Positions 8,756 through 18,520 of a stretch of 64,000 nucleotides of DNA are shown in pieces. Numbering within the stretch: position 1 is the stretch's first letter; each line of letters begins with the position of its first letter. Position numbers and translations under genes: made by a program. Under the pieces are notes generated by a model, which did not search any database, was not told where the DNA came from, and was given only the letters and a program-made list of their open reading frames with translations. The stretch covers positions 1 through 64,000 of the IMG/VR virus record IMGVR_UViG_3300044641_009805; one strand, 5' to 3'.

Positions 8756-9148
8756 ATGTCGCTAAGTTGGCCACAGAATGGAGAGTATTACGCACCAGCC
8801 TATCAGGTATCGGCGTTACCCTATCTGTCCTCATCAATTATATCTGTCGGGAACGTGCACAAGTATGAGTTCCCCTACGTCACCAAGTTCATCAACATCG
8901 TCAACAGAGGTGCTAACGTCGGCGACAAAATTGCTCTGGCATTTACCGAAAATGGTCTTCGGACAGGAAACTACATCACGCTCGATCAAGGTGTCGCCAT
9001 CGACCAAGAGATCAGGACTTCCGTTCTCTTCATCTCAGGTTCCGATGGGACATCCGTCGACTATCAGATCTTCTGCGGGCTCACGACAATCCCAACCAAA
9101 AACTTCTTGACGCTCACCGGCTCCAACGGACACTCAGGCGTCGGTTGA
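8756..9148 (+). CDS. putative structural protein, paralog of 19075..19479
   Basis: Shared YQVSALP/FQTSGLP, FP.VTK.I, FTENG..NY, LTTI, LTGS..GVG. Confidence 0.6.
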   Translation: MSLSWPQNGEYYAPAYQVSALPYLSSSIISVGNVHKYEFPYVTKFINIVNRGANVGDKIALAFTENGLRTGNYITLDQGVAIDQEIRTSVLFISGSDGTSVDYQIFCGLTTIPTKNFLTLTGSNGHSGVG

Positions 9149-9252
9149 TCGCAACAGAAAAATAATTGCACGACGGCGTGTAAAAGCCCGCATACCTAGG
9201 TTACTATAGGATCATCAAACAACGGAGGAAACGAACTCTAAGTTGTTGATTC

Positions 9253-9561
9253 GGAACGGTAAATCAATAGGTTCAGATTAGCGGTCTCATCAAAATGGTG
9301 ACTTCAATCAGTAATGATTGTCGAAAATCGGATGAATTCGGGGAAGTCTAAGTCGCAAGATATGATAATCCCGAGCCAAGTCCACCAAGCATGGTGGAAA
9401 GGTGTAGAGACTACCTGGTGTTGAATGATCTTTCAACGTAATACAGGGTTAGCGTCCGACACCCTAACAGTTAGGCTGAGGGTGATGATATAGTCCACAG
9501 AGTCAAGAAATTGACACAAATGTGAAACCGAAATGTGTGGGTTCGAGTCCCACCCGTTCCA
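9253..9561 (+). tRNA. tRNA with CAU anticodon (probably Ile2, lysidine type), interrupted by a group I intron
   Basis: Exon1 9253-9290 ends CTCAT and exon2 9525-9561 starts AAACCG; acceptor GGAACGG/CCGTTCC-A; T-loop GTTCGAGTC. Confidence 0.85.
9291..9524 (+). ncRNA. group I self-splicing intron in the tRNA anticodon loop (after position 36)
   Basis: P1 with U.G wobble (TCAT|CA-aaa-TGGTGA); core elements AATTCGGGGAA, AATCCCGAGCC, GTAGAGACTA, GATATAGTCC; terminal G. Confidence 0.9.
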
Positions 9562-9571
9562 CAAGGAACCT

Positions 9572-10360
9572 TCAGCATAAACCGCTGAAGGTTCCTTTTT
9601 TTATTTCTTCGATCTCTTGCTTTTTGAGAACAATCAATTTTTCAGGAAACTGAGACCATTTGGCTAGATCTCTTTCTCTTTCATAGCCCTTGACTTCGAT
9701 GTATAGATCTAGATTAGGCAGATAAAAGTCAGGAAAGTATGTTCTAGATCCGTTCCATTCATAGGGAAACCCTTTCGTACACCTTTGAGGATCAAGACCA
9801 TTTATTTTTGCCCATTTATAAAATTCTACTTCCCATTTACCTTGAAGTTTGATTCCGTCCATGATAACTTGCTTTACTCTGCCTCTTCTTCCACCCATGA
9901 AAGCTTCAGGATTTTCAGCGATTCTTTTCTTCATCATTTCTGATATTTGTTTTCTCTTTTCTTCAGACATCTTGAAAGGACGCTTTTGCTTTCTAATAAA
10001 ATTTCTTTTTTGACGAGCATCATATCTTTTCTTTTCTTCTTCAGACATGTCTTCTATGGTGAGATATTCAGGAGTTTCTCTTCCTCCCCTATGTTCATCA
10101 CACCACTTCTTCGTTTTGCTGGCTGCAAGAAATATTTTTCCACATTTTGCGCATGTAATCTCATATCTTTTTTCAAAAGTTTTTCCTGCGCTCCATCCTT
10201 TTTGTCCCATCAACTTTTTTGAAACCTTTTCGTTAATCTCTTTTCTCTTTTTAGAAGTTGAAGTAGATCTAGCACAAGGCTGGCTACAAAATCTCCCTGA
10301 TCCATAGAATTTTTCTGGTATTTTTCCACATTTTTCACACGGTTTTAGATTATTTTCCAT
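9572..10360 (-). CDS. free-standing homing-endonuclease-like protein (Zn ribbons + NUMOD3-like + PD-(D/E)XK nuclease)
   Basis: CEKC..FCSQPC, CAKC, MSEEKRKQIS, YFPDFYLP..IEVKG. Confidence 0.75.
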   Translation of the reverse strand: MENNLKPCEKCGKIPEKFYGSGRFCSQPCARSTSTSKKRKEINEKVSKKLMGQKGWSAGKTFEKRYEITCAKCGKIFLAASKTKKWCDEHRGGRETPEYLTIEDMSEEEKKRYDARQKRNFIRKQKRPFKMSEEKRKQISEMMKKRIAENPEAFMGGRRGRVKQVIMDGIKLQGKWEVEFYKWAKINGLDPQRCTKGFPYEWNGSRTYFPDFYLPNLDLYIEVKGYERERDLAKWSQFPEKLIVLKKQEIEEIKKGTFSGLC

Positions 10361-10505
10361 GACGATAAGTATAGAACTTGAACCGAGAAGTAGACTCTTG
10401 ATCTATATTTTACGAAAAAAGTAGTCTAATCCCAAACAAAAAACCGGCCAGGATTTCTCCCAGGCCGGTCATGTTAGGTGAACTGATTATATAATCAGGC
10501 GATCA

Positions 10506-11060
10506 TCACCAGCCGCCGCCGCCGCCTCCACCACCACCGAAGCCGCCACCGCCGCTCATCACGTAAACAACGATTTTGAAAGAGATTCCAGAAACAACAG
10601 CGATGAAATTATACATTGTGAAACCAGGTAACTCGGGATTCGTATTTGAATAAGTGCTGCCGTAATAATCAGAGAAGTATATGTCACCGAGGTTGAGTGG
10701 CACGTTTCCGCTGGCTATTTGAGAGACAGCGTTGAAAGACGAATCTGATGTTGATATCGTATACGCCTGAGATGCATATGTTGATGTCAACGAATTGGAC
10801 ATTGCGAAGAAGTTCTGGAATTCAACTACGTCGCCTGGATTGACTGGGACCGACACGTTATTCCCTGTCATAAAGTCTGGGTAGGTCCAATATACTGCTG
10901 GACCGCCTCCGCCTCCGCCTCCGCCTCCGCCACCGCCGCCACCGCCGCCACCATCGAGTGGTGCCGTGCCTGCTCCCATTCTTCCTCCCAGTCCCAAATC
11001 AATCAATTTGATTGTTTGACCTGGTGTATAATTTTCTGTTTTTTTCCATTTAATGGCCAT
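10506..11060 (-). CDS. Gly-linker putative virion appendage/decoration protein
   Basis: MAIKW start with GGAG RBS; poly-Gly linkers; beta-rich domain. Confidence 0.55.
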   Translation of the reverse strand: MAIKWKKTENYTPGQTIKLIDLGLGGRMGAGTAPLDGGGGGGGGGGGGGGGGGPAVYWTYPDFMTGNNVSVPVNPGDVVEFQNFFAMSNSLTSTYASQAYTISTSDSSFNAVSQIASGNVPLNLGDIYFSDYYGSTYSNTNPELPGFTMYNFIAVVSGISFKIVVYVMSGGGGFGGGGGGGGGW

Positions 11061-11146
11061 AAAGATCTCCTGATCGAACGCGATGTTGAGCGCTCGACGC
11101 AAATATAATTATGTAATCTTTAGTAGAATCGTTGTAATATAGAATC

Positions 11147-14100
11147 ATGTTCCGAAAATTCGCAGTTGTTTTTTCGATGATTCTGTTTGTTGTTGTAGGA
11201 GTCTACTCTACCGCTCGAGCCCAGTTCACTCCGCCCCTTGATTCTAAGGTGAAGATTCCGAACGTTCTCCTTCTCGTCGACACGAGTGCCTCAATGACTT
11301 GGGCACTGGATGGAAATAACGCAGATTGCAAGGACGAGCTGAACCCGAAGAAGGCGCGTTACACCATCCTTGGTGAGGTTCTTACAGGAACTGTGGATGA
11401 TCTCGATTGTTGGTCAAACAACGATCCGCTCAACATCGACGGTCCGCCTGTTCCCCTTATGTCGAACTCAGAACGACATCAACCCGGTGGTCAGAACTGT
11501 GTCCCTACTTTAAACCTTGATGTTGATATCATCAATTCCCTCAAGGCACAACCCTTCGGTTGGCCTTACGAAGCCGCAGATAAAGACAATTCATCCGCAA
11601 TCACTTACTGTGGAGGCAAAACTTCTCTCAAGTTCGCACGATGTTTCTCCTCTTCGGGTTGGAGTAATCGAGATGTTTGCAGCAAGGCCACAATCGGGTG
11701 GAACCAGGCGGCCGATGGATTGCTGGACACATATGGATCCAAGATTCGATTTGGAATGATGTCTTTCGATTCACTTGTGTGGCCAGGATATTCAACATCC
11801 GACCTCTATTCCAACAAGACCATGGCATGGTGGACACCTGAGACAGGAGGTCCTGTAACTTTTACATATGATCCATTGTGTAGGAACAACACGATGGGAC
11901 ACTATTGCTTCCTGTATTCATATTCGCTTATGTACTATGATACGGCTGAGTGGTCATATTGGCACGGCACGGGAAGCACCTTGAGCTCAACATGGTTGAC
12001 AGGAGCAAGATCTGCAACACTGTTTCCTACGACTGCAATCGTCGGCGGGGCATACACACTTGCAAGCTCGGACATTGGAGCAAGAAATTCTAGGGCTCTT
12101 CCTCACAAGGGCCGCATGATTGGTTTTGGTCATCCGGACGCTGTTGCGACCGATACTGTTGCTCACAATGAAATGGTTCAGGATGCAATCCTTGGATTAT
12201 CCACGAACCTCGAACACAACACTCCTCTTGCTGCTCTCATGCGAGATGCCTTCGAGTTTGTTGCCAATGATGTTTCCACCAATGGTGTCACAATTCCACA
12301 CCCAACGACATCTGTTCCCAATTTGGTAACAATCGGTCCTCAAACTGATCCATATTTCTCATCCACAGCTCGATGCCGGGATACACTAGTCATCCTCATC
12401 ACCGACGGAGAGCCTACTGGGGATCTAAACGATAGAATGTCCTTTTGGGCAGGAAGATTGGCAACCGAGCAGGATGTCAAGACAATTGTATTTGGAATTG
12501 GATTGGAAACAGCTCGATGGAAACCTGGATCAACCATCCTCACAAAGAAGTGCGATGATCTAGCTCCATCAGATTACAGCTCAGTTTCCACCGGAACAAC
12601 CATGTGCACACGAGATGGCTTGAGCTGGAAATACGCGGATAATCCACTCTTCACATTTGGCCTGACAACTACAGATCGATCCGCCATTCGTGCCTGTTGT
12701 AACCTGTTGGAAACTGCGATCCTTGGAGATCCAACCAATTCCTACGGTCAGGTTCCATATTTTCCCAACGATCAGGCACAGCTAAAACAAACACTCGACA
12801 CGATCCTCAAGTCGATCGCAGGAACAACTGTGAGCAGAACAGTTCCGGTCTTCGCCAACATCTCTTCAACGTTTCAGTCAGGTAATGCTCCTGCTTCATA
12901 CTACGAGCTACGATCCGCACTCATTCCTGCCTCTAAGCCCACCAGTGGAACCCTCGAGCGGGTGAGGTATGCGTGCAATAATTCATTCGAACCTATCAGA
13001 CAAAGCGTTGAGGAGACCAAGGGAGATCAATTCCACAAGAACCTCGATGCCACATCTGTCAGGCCACGAAAGTTCATCACGGTGGTTCCTCTGAAGGCCG
13101 GAAGTGTTGTGAAACCAATGTGGACAGTGAGACCTGCAGTGGTTGTCGAGGATCAACTCATGGGTTCACCTGCAACATCAGGAAACTTTGTCAGGCTGGA
13201 TGTAACAGCTCCTGATCTCACAGCTCCATACCAACCTGATTTTGGTGTAGGTATCGACACGCTTGCATCTACTGTCAATTCCTTGGGCGGAACATATCCA
13301 AAAAGTTCAGAGCTGTTGAACCTTTCCAATTCCGACAAGAGCACATGTCTCAGTCAGGTTGGAACAACCGACCTAGAGGAATGCGCCAAACGCGTGTTGC
13401 AGTGGTACGGAGGAAGTCCTCAGGTTTATTCCCTTGGTGCAGGTAAGTTCTCACCATCACGAGATCCAAATGTTTGCGGAGGATGGGACAAGTGTGGACC
13501 GCTGGGTGCGATCTTCCGTTCCAACCCAGTCATCGTTGAACCGCCAAGCCAAAATGCTGCTGAGCAGGCCTACTCGAACAATAGACCAACAGGAACAACA
13601 TCCTTCTACCAGCAACAAAGAACTCGTCCAACGATGTTGTATTCACAAACAATCGATGGTATGCTGCATGCATTTGTTCTATCGAAGAATGCTGCCCTTC
13701 CCGATTCGTATGCAAACGTATCCACGGTAGACTCGCTTGAGAACAACGAGCTATGGAGCTTCATTCCTCCTGCGATCCTTCCACAGATCTGGCCCAACTT
13801 CAAGACAGAGGCTCGATTGCTTGATGGGCCTCTAACTGTTGGCAACGTTGTTTTCAGCAGGAACATGACGCAGACTTCTGAGGGAACAACAAATCTTTCA
13901 GGATTCAGGACGGTCCTCGTTGGTTCATCAGGATATGGAGATTCTGGGTTCTATTATGCGGTGGATGTGACAAATCCAATTGAACCACGTTTCCTGTGGC
14001 AGCTCGTGAATTCATCCGGTGGTAATGCCTTGTTTGGCAAGGTTCTTCCAGGGGCAGCAATTACCATGTTGAAGATCAAGGATCCAAAGGATGGGATCAT

Positions 14101-15391
14101 CAAGCAGGTTGGAGTTGCCATCCTCCCGGGTGGAAGGGATCCTGGAACACCCACCGCCACGATGTCACGTAGGATCTTCAGCACATCACGATCTCCACTC
14201 TTCGCGTGGAATGGTCAATACTATCCACGAACACTGATTAGAAATTGGGGTGCGAAGGTACCATCCAGATCTTTGACCGTTGTAGAATTGGAGACAGGTA
14301 GGATCATCGCGCGGCTGGCAGGCGAGTGGGGTGATAATCCTGGCAAGACCTCAACATCCACATGTTCAGGTGGGCCTGGTGGTGCCGATTCCCTGACTTG
14401 CGGGTTATCACCTACAGTAATTGTGAATCCCACGCGAGTCAGTTTCGATTCTCCGCTCACGGGAACACCTGTTCCTTTCCCATCAGGCGTGGCTCAAACA
14501 TCCACACGCGCGTATGTTGGTGATGCTGATGGTGTCGTCTGGCGGATCAACATGGCAGATCCTGAACCGCTCAAGTGGACAGCTGAAATTGCATGGGATG
14601 CATACAATCACACGTCTGTCCCAGATAATTCTTTGAAATTATCATACGTAGTTAATGGCATCAATTCTGGGAACCCTCTGAACCTATCGACAACCTCGTT
14701 GGTTGCTGCAACCATGGGCCAACCAATCGAACAGGCACCCATTGTTTCCGTAGATTCTCGCGGTGTCACAACTGTTACGTTGACAACAGGTGACGGCGAA
14801 TCTTTCAACACAGTTTCACCGGGCACACTCAACTTCCTCGCAACATTTGTAGATGACTTGAATGCAAGTGGAACATCTTTCGCACCAACCATCAATGCAA
14901 CACAAGGCATTTCGATGGCGTTTACGGATGGGGGCAGGGTGACAGGACCCCCTACACTCTTCGATGGCAAACTATTCTTCAGTTACTTCTCGCCTCAAAC
15001 GGCGACAGTTTGCACCTCAGGTAAGAGTGGTTGGTGCGCCGTTGATTTCTTGAATGGTAACAATTCAACTCCTCTCGCTGTCATGGATGTGGATCCGCTT
15101 CTTCCAGGTAACGATCGTTGTACCACATTCCAGAACGGTGAGGTCGTCTTCGGTCTTGCAATCAATGCAGTTCCATCATGCGTTCAAACTGAGGACAACT
15201 TCAATGATCAGTGGTTGGCAGGTCAGTACAACAGCTATTCATCATCAAAGGGTATGAACTACCAACTCGTTATGCAAACAAGTCAAGGTGGAACATCTGA
15301 AAATAATTCAACAATTAATTCCACACGAATCACACTTCCTCCACCACGAGCCAAAACTCGATTGCAATCGTGGGTCTCCGTGATGCAATAA
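11147..15391 (+). CDS. pilY1: PilY1/PilC-like type IV pilus adhesin (signal peptide, vWA, PilC beta-propeller)
   Basis: Signal peptide ending ARA; MIDAS LLVDTSASM..NTPLA..ITDGEP; GMLHAF..ELWSFIPP..LDG; AYVGDADGVVWRI. Confidence 0.8.
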   Translation: MFRKFAVVFSMILFVVVGVYSTARAQFTPPLDSKVKIPNVLLLVDTSASMTWALDGNNADCKDELNPKKARYTILGEVLTGTVDDLDCWSNNDPLNIDGPPVPLMSNSERHQPGGQNCVPTLNLDVDIINSLKAQPFGWPYEAADKDNSSAITYCGGKTSLKFARCFSSSGWSNRDVCSKATIGWNQAADGLLDTYGSKIRFGMMSFDSLVWPGYSTSDLYSNKTMAWWTPETGGPVTFTYDPLCRNNTMGHYCFLYSYSLMYYDTAEWSYWHGTGSTLSSTWLTGARSATLFPTTAIVGGAYTLASSDIGARNSRALPHKGRMIGFGHPDAVATDTVAHNEMVQDAILGLSTNLEHNTPLAALMRDAFEFVANDVSTNGVTIPHPTTSVPNLVTIGPQTDPYFSSTARCRDTLVILITDGEPTGDLNDRMSFWAGRLATEQDVKTIVFGIGLETARWKPGSTILTKKCDDLAPSDYSSVSTGTTMCTRDGLSWKYADNPLFTFGLTTTDRSAIRACCNLLETAILGDPTNSYGQVPYFPNDQAQLKQTLDTILKSIAGTTVSRTVPVFANISSTFQSGNAPASYYELRSALIPASKPTSGTLERVRYACNNSFEPIRQSVEETKGDQFHKNLDATSVRPRKFITVVPLKAGSVVKPMWTVRPAVVVEDQLMGSPATSGNFVRLDVTAPDLTAPYQPDFGVGIDTLASTVNSLGGTYPKSSELLNLSNSDKSTCLSQVGTTDLEECAKRVLQWYGGSPQVYSLGAGKFSPSRDPNVCGGWDKCGPLGAIFRSNPVIVEPPSQNAAEQAYSNNRPTGTTSFYQQQRTRPTMLYSQTIDGMLHAFVLSKNAALPDSYANVSTVDSLENNELWSFIPPAILPQIWPNFKTEARLLDGPLTVGNVVFSRNMTQTSEGTTNLSGFRTVLVGSSGYGDSGFYYAVDVTNPIEPRFLWQLVNSSGGNALFGKVLPGAAITMLKIKDPKDGIIKQVGVAILPGGRDPGTPTATMSRRIFSTSRSPLFAWNGQYYPRTLIRNWGAKVPSRSLTVVELETGRIIARLAGEWGDNPGKTSTSTCSGGPGGADSLTCGLSPTVIVNPTRVSFDSPLTGTPVPFPSGVAQTSTRAYVGDADGVVWRINMADPEPLKWTAEIAWDAYNHTSVPDNSLKLSYVVNGINSGNPLNLSTTSLVAATMGQPIEQAPIVSVDSRGVTTVTLTTGDGESFNTVSPGTLNFLATFVDDLNASGTSFAPTINATQGISMAFTDGGRVTGPPTLFDGKLFFSYFSPQTATVCTSGKSGWCAVDFLNGNNSTPLAVMDVDPLLPGNDRCTTFQNGEVVFGLAINAVPSCVQTEDNFNDQWLAGQYNSYSSSKGMNYQLVMQTSQGGTSENNSTINSTRITLPPPRAKTRLQSWVSVMQ

Positions 15392-15396
15392 AAAAC

Positions 15397-15418
15397 GGCA
15401 GGATAGAAATATCCTGCC
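15397..15418. terminator. hairpin between convergent genes
   Basis: GGCAGGATA-gaaa-TATCCTGCC flanked by A-runs. Confidence 0.6.
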
Positions 15419-15528
15419 TGAAAAAGCACTACTTAAGCATAATCAATGAAACCAGGTGATTTGGGCATGTGACCGCCATGTTTGTTGGCATCTTGTGCAA
15501 TCATACTTTTTGTGTAGGTGGTTCACGC

Positions 15529-16323
15529 TCACAGACCGAAACGTGTTCTAGTAGCATCCCAGTTCTGTGTTAGTTCGCTGGTGTTAAGCGCCCTATTGTA
15601 GAAGGCTACGGAACCTACGGTACATGACAGGTACACAGGGGATGCGTAACCGGTCCATTTGGAGGCAATTCTGTAGCCTTCCAAACCATTTAATCCTCCT
15701 ATTGCCCCCGCCGCCGAAGAGGCCACCAAGGAATTGTTGGAGTACAATTTGAATCCTGCTGAGTCCTTCATACCGACAAGGAAGTAGAAGGCGCCAAGGG
15801 TCGCTGAGAAGGGTGAACCCGAGGTGCCGAACCAATTATTGCCAATGACATATGTGTTTGTTGAGACTCCTGATGTTGAGTACAGGTGTCCTAAGCAATA
15901 GTTGACGCTTCCATTCCCACTTGGTGAGGTCTCGTCGGTGAAAAACTGCTCAGACCCTGAGGGATCGTCTGCATCCCTTCTGACCCACATGCAGATGGTC
16001 CATTCGGTCTGAGCACCGAGAGCAGGACCGGCCGCATACTGTGTGGAAGGTTTGCTGAACGATACTATCCCGCCATTCGTTGCTGAATAAGTCGGCGAAT
16101 TGTAGAGTGTGGCATGTTTTCCGTTTCCGCTCAAGTCGGTCCATGTTGTACCGCTGCCAGGATAGGATGCTGGGTTACCTGCGTCGAGATGGAGGATTAA
16201 ACCCGACGAGACGATGGGAGAACCTCCGCCACTACCTCCCCCTCCCGACGAAGTAACCTTCATACCTCCCCCTGTTCCTCTAAGTCTGAACGAACCACCT
16301 GAACCTGTTATCTTTATAGCCAT
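15529..16323 (-). CDS. LamG/concanavalin A-like lectin domain virion protein
   Basis: LILHLDAGNPASYPGSGTTWTDLSGNG...FYNRALNTSE..QNWDATRTRFGL. Confidence 0.8.
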   Translation of the reverse strand: MAIKITGSGGSFRLRGTGGGMKVTSSGGGGSGGGSPIVSSGLILHLDAGNPASYPGSGTTWTDLSGNGKHATLYNSPTYSATNGGIVSFSKPSTQYAAGPALGAQTEWTICMWVRRDADDPSGSEQFFTDETSPSGNGSVNYCLGHLYSTSGVSTNTYVIGNNWFGTSGSPFSATLGAFYFLVGMKDSAGFKLYSNNSLVASSAAGAIGGLNGLEGYRIASKWTGYASPVYLSCTVGSVAFYNRALNTSELTQNWDATRTRFGL

Positions 16324-16387
16324 AAAATCTCCTCGACAAAGTTCATTTCTCTGTCTGTAGTTATTAACTAATGCCGCTCAAATAAAA

Positions 16388-16411
16388 CGGGTGCAAAATA
16401 AATTGCACCCG
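16388..16411 (-). terminator. rho-independent terminator
   Basis: CGGGTGCAA..TTGCACCCG followed by T-run on the minus strand. Confidence 0.6.
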
Positions 16412-16438
16412 AAAACCTTAAAGGTTTATTACGTTTCT

Positions 16439-17275
16439 TCAGATCGATATTCCGTATTTGTTTGCTAGGTATTGCGTAACTTGAAGACGCTTAGTATTAT
16501 CGTGTTGCTCGCTGTATATTAAACCTTCGGCAAACTTACCACAGAAATTACGTATTCCAAGGTCGCCGACTGCAGATCCTATGACTAGCATAACTGGATT
16601 AATAGACAGAGTATAACCATAACCTGCATAGCCTGGCTGAACAGTCCCTACTTGATCGTTTACATATAACTCTGTAGTGGCAGGGTGAGCACCTGCTGAC
16701 AGAGACACGGATATTACGACCGCAGGGGGCCCGTGCGCGTCATTTTTCTTAACAGCATAATCACCAGTGTTGTAATTTATGAAGTAAGCAGGACCGCCCC
16801 ATGCTGGTTGTAATGAACTTACCGAGGCCTGCGCCATCGTCGCCGCCTGTCCCCAACCTAAGATGGTAAAAGTAGAATCAGAGTTGGTGTTATCAGCATA
16901 AGCCACTACGTACATTGAGTACGCTGTGGCGCCTGATGGTAGACCCGATGGAGAGCTTTTGTAAAGAAAGGAAGACCCATTGAAGCTAACGCTAGGCATG
17001 TTGCCGAATTGAGCATCAGATGCGTTATAAGTGGGAGTACCGCCATATCCATTCAGAGTGTTTCCACCTGCACTGTCCGTCCATGATGTGACGGTAGCTC
17101 CATTTGATAGACCCAATGCGTCAGCCTTAAACCAAGAGCTGAGATTACCTAGAGAAGATGGATCAAATCCTCCTCCGCCGCCGCCGCCACCACCGCCTGA
17201 TGAAGTGATGCTTATACCACCGCCTGTTCCGCTAAATTTGATGGATCCACCGGATCCTTTTGTCACTATTGCCAT
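16439..17275 (-). CDS. LamG-like domain virion protein
   Basis: WFKADAL..VTSWTDSAG..GKFAEGLIY..YLANKYGI. Confidence 0.75.
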   Translation of the reverse strand: MAIVTKGSGGSIKFSGTGGGISITSSGGGGGGGGGGFDPSSLGNLSSWFKADALGLSNGATVTSWTDSAGGNTLNGYGGTPTYNASDAQFGNMPSVSFNGSSFLYKSSPSGLPSGATAYSMYVVAYADNTNSDSTFTILGWGQAATMAQASVSSLQPAWGGPAYFINYNTGDYAVKKNDAHGPPAVVISVSLSAGAHPATTELYVNDQVGTVQPGYAGYGYTLSINPVMLVIGSAVGDLGIRNFCGKFAEGLIYSEQHDNTKRLQVTQYLANKYGISI

Positions 17276-17438
17276 AAAATCTCCACTGAACAGCTTAAAT
17301 GCTGTTCAACAAATTATAAATATCAACACCACTAACGAATTAATGAATTTACGTTTGTTCTCCTCGGAAAGTCCCATGTAATTCCCGACAAATTGGTCCT
17401 GTGAAAACCTCATCATAATTGCTGTAATATCAGGAGAC

Positions 17439-18047
17439 ATGATCAGGTTCCTAGGAAAGCTACCTCGGAAGTGCGTTGTTGCCTTCAGCAGCGGAGTTGA
17501 TTCGGTGGCTGTAACTGATTTCCTTCTGAACGGTAAACGTGATGTTCACCTGGCGTTTTTTCACCATGGAACTGCGACGTCCGATGAGGCCGAGGTATTC
17601 GCCAAGGAATTTTCCAAGGAACGTAACCTCACGCTCTCAATCGGGCGGATCAGCGGTGAAAAACCTCCTGGGGAATCGATGGAGGAATACTGGAGGAATG
17701 AAAGGTATCGTTTCCTTTCGATGTACGAATTTCCTGTTATTACCGCCCATCACCTTGGAGACGCGGTGGAAACATGGATCTTCAATTCTCTCCATGGAAA
17801 TCCTAGGGTGTTGCCCTACCAGAGGAACAACGTCATCAGGCCTTTTCTCATCACCCCAAAGTCTGAGCTGATTGATTGGGCGGAGAAAAAAGGATTGAAG
17901 TGGATGGAGGATGAATCCAACAACGATCTGAAGTACATGAGGAACTTGATCAGGCACAAGATCGTTCCTGAAGCGATGGTGGTTAATCCTGGTCTTGACA
18001 AGGTTGTAAAGAAGATGTATATTAAAGAAGAGATGAAAGAGGGGTAA
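17439..18047 (+). CDS. tilS: tRNA(Ile)-lysidine synthetase, compact catalytic-domain-only form
   Basis: PP-loop VAFSSGVDS, HHG, RYRFL, TAHHLGDAVET, IRPFL, EDESN..Y.RN.IRH. Confidence 0.9.
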   Translation: MIRFLGKLPRKCVVAFSSGVDSVAVTDFLLNGKRDVHLAFFHHGTATSDEAEVFAKEFSKERNLTLSIGRISGEKPPGESMEEYWRNERYRFLSMYEFPVITAHHLGDAVETWIFNSLHGNPRVLPYQRNNVIRPFLITPKSELIDWAEKKGLKWMEDESNNDLKYMRNLIRHKIVPEAMVVNPGLDKVVKKMYIKEEMKEG

Positions 18048-18050
18048 ACT

Positions 18051-18302
18051 ATGGAAATGTTTAGAAAACCTACATGGATTGAGTTGCGAGTTCCGCCTCC
18101 TGCAGCTGGGATGGTTTTCATCCACGTTGCAAGACCTGATCGGCCATTAATGATAACGGATATTTTAGAGGATGAGATACAGCGTGTAGACGTGGCGGGC
18201 GTCACGGCACCTTGGGGGTCCATTGAAGACTGGCGAGATGAGGTTCGCCATAGAAATATAGAGGTTGTTTATGACCCAAAGCATTACATTCAAAAAAGGT
18301 GA
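18051..18302 (+). CDS. hypothetical protein
   Basis: ORF with GAGGGG RBS in operon. Confidence 0.55.
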   Translation: MEMFRKPTWIELRVPPPAAGMVFIHVARPDRPLMITDILEDEIQRVDVAGVTAPWGSIEDWRDEVRHRNIEVVYDPKHYIQKR

Positions 18303-18507
18303 TTTGGTTCTCTACGATAAGTTTGGATCTTATCATGAGTCAGTATCCCCTTCTGTCTTCATTGACGATTTTGCTGTAGGAATTATTCTTGAAATTGTAG
18401 AGGAAAAAAGCGGAGGTGCTGACAACGCTTTCGCAGAGATCATAAAGGAAGATGGGTCAAAAGGTTTCTTTTCTTTATCTTATCTAAATTCGTTCGAACA
18501 GCCATAA
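18271..18507 (+). CDS. small SH3-like hypothetical protein
   Basis: FKKGDLVLY...GIILE...DGSKGFF. Confidence 0.6.
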   Translation: MTQSITFKKGDLVLYDKFGSYHESVSPSVFIDDFAVGIILEIVEEKSGGADNAFAEIIKEDGSKGFFSLSYLNSFEQP

Positions 18508-18520
18508 AAAAGGAAATTTG

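Noticed and set aside
10510-10952. (CCG/CCT)n tracts as regulatory microsatellites
   Set aside because: They encode poly-Gly linkers on the minus strand
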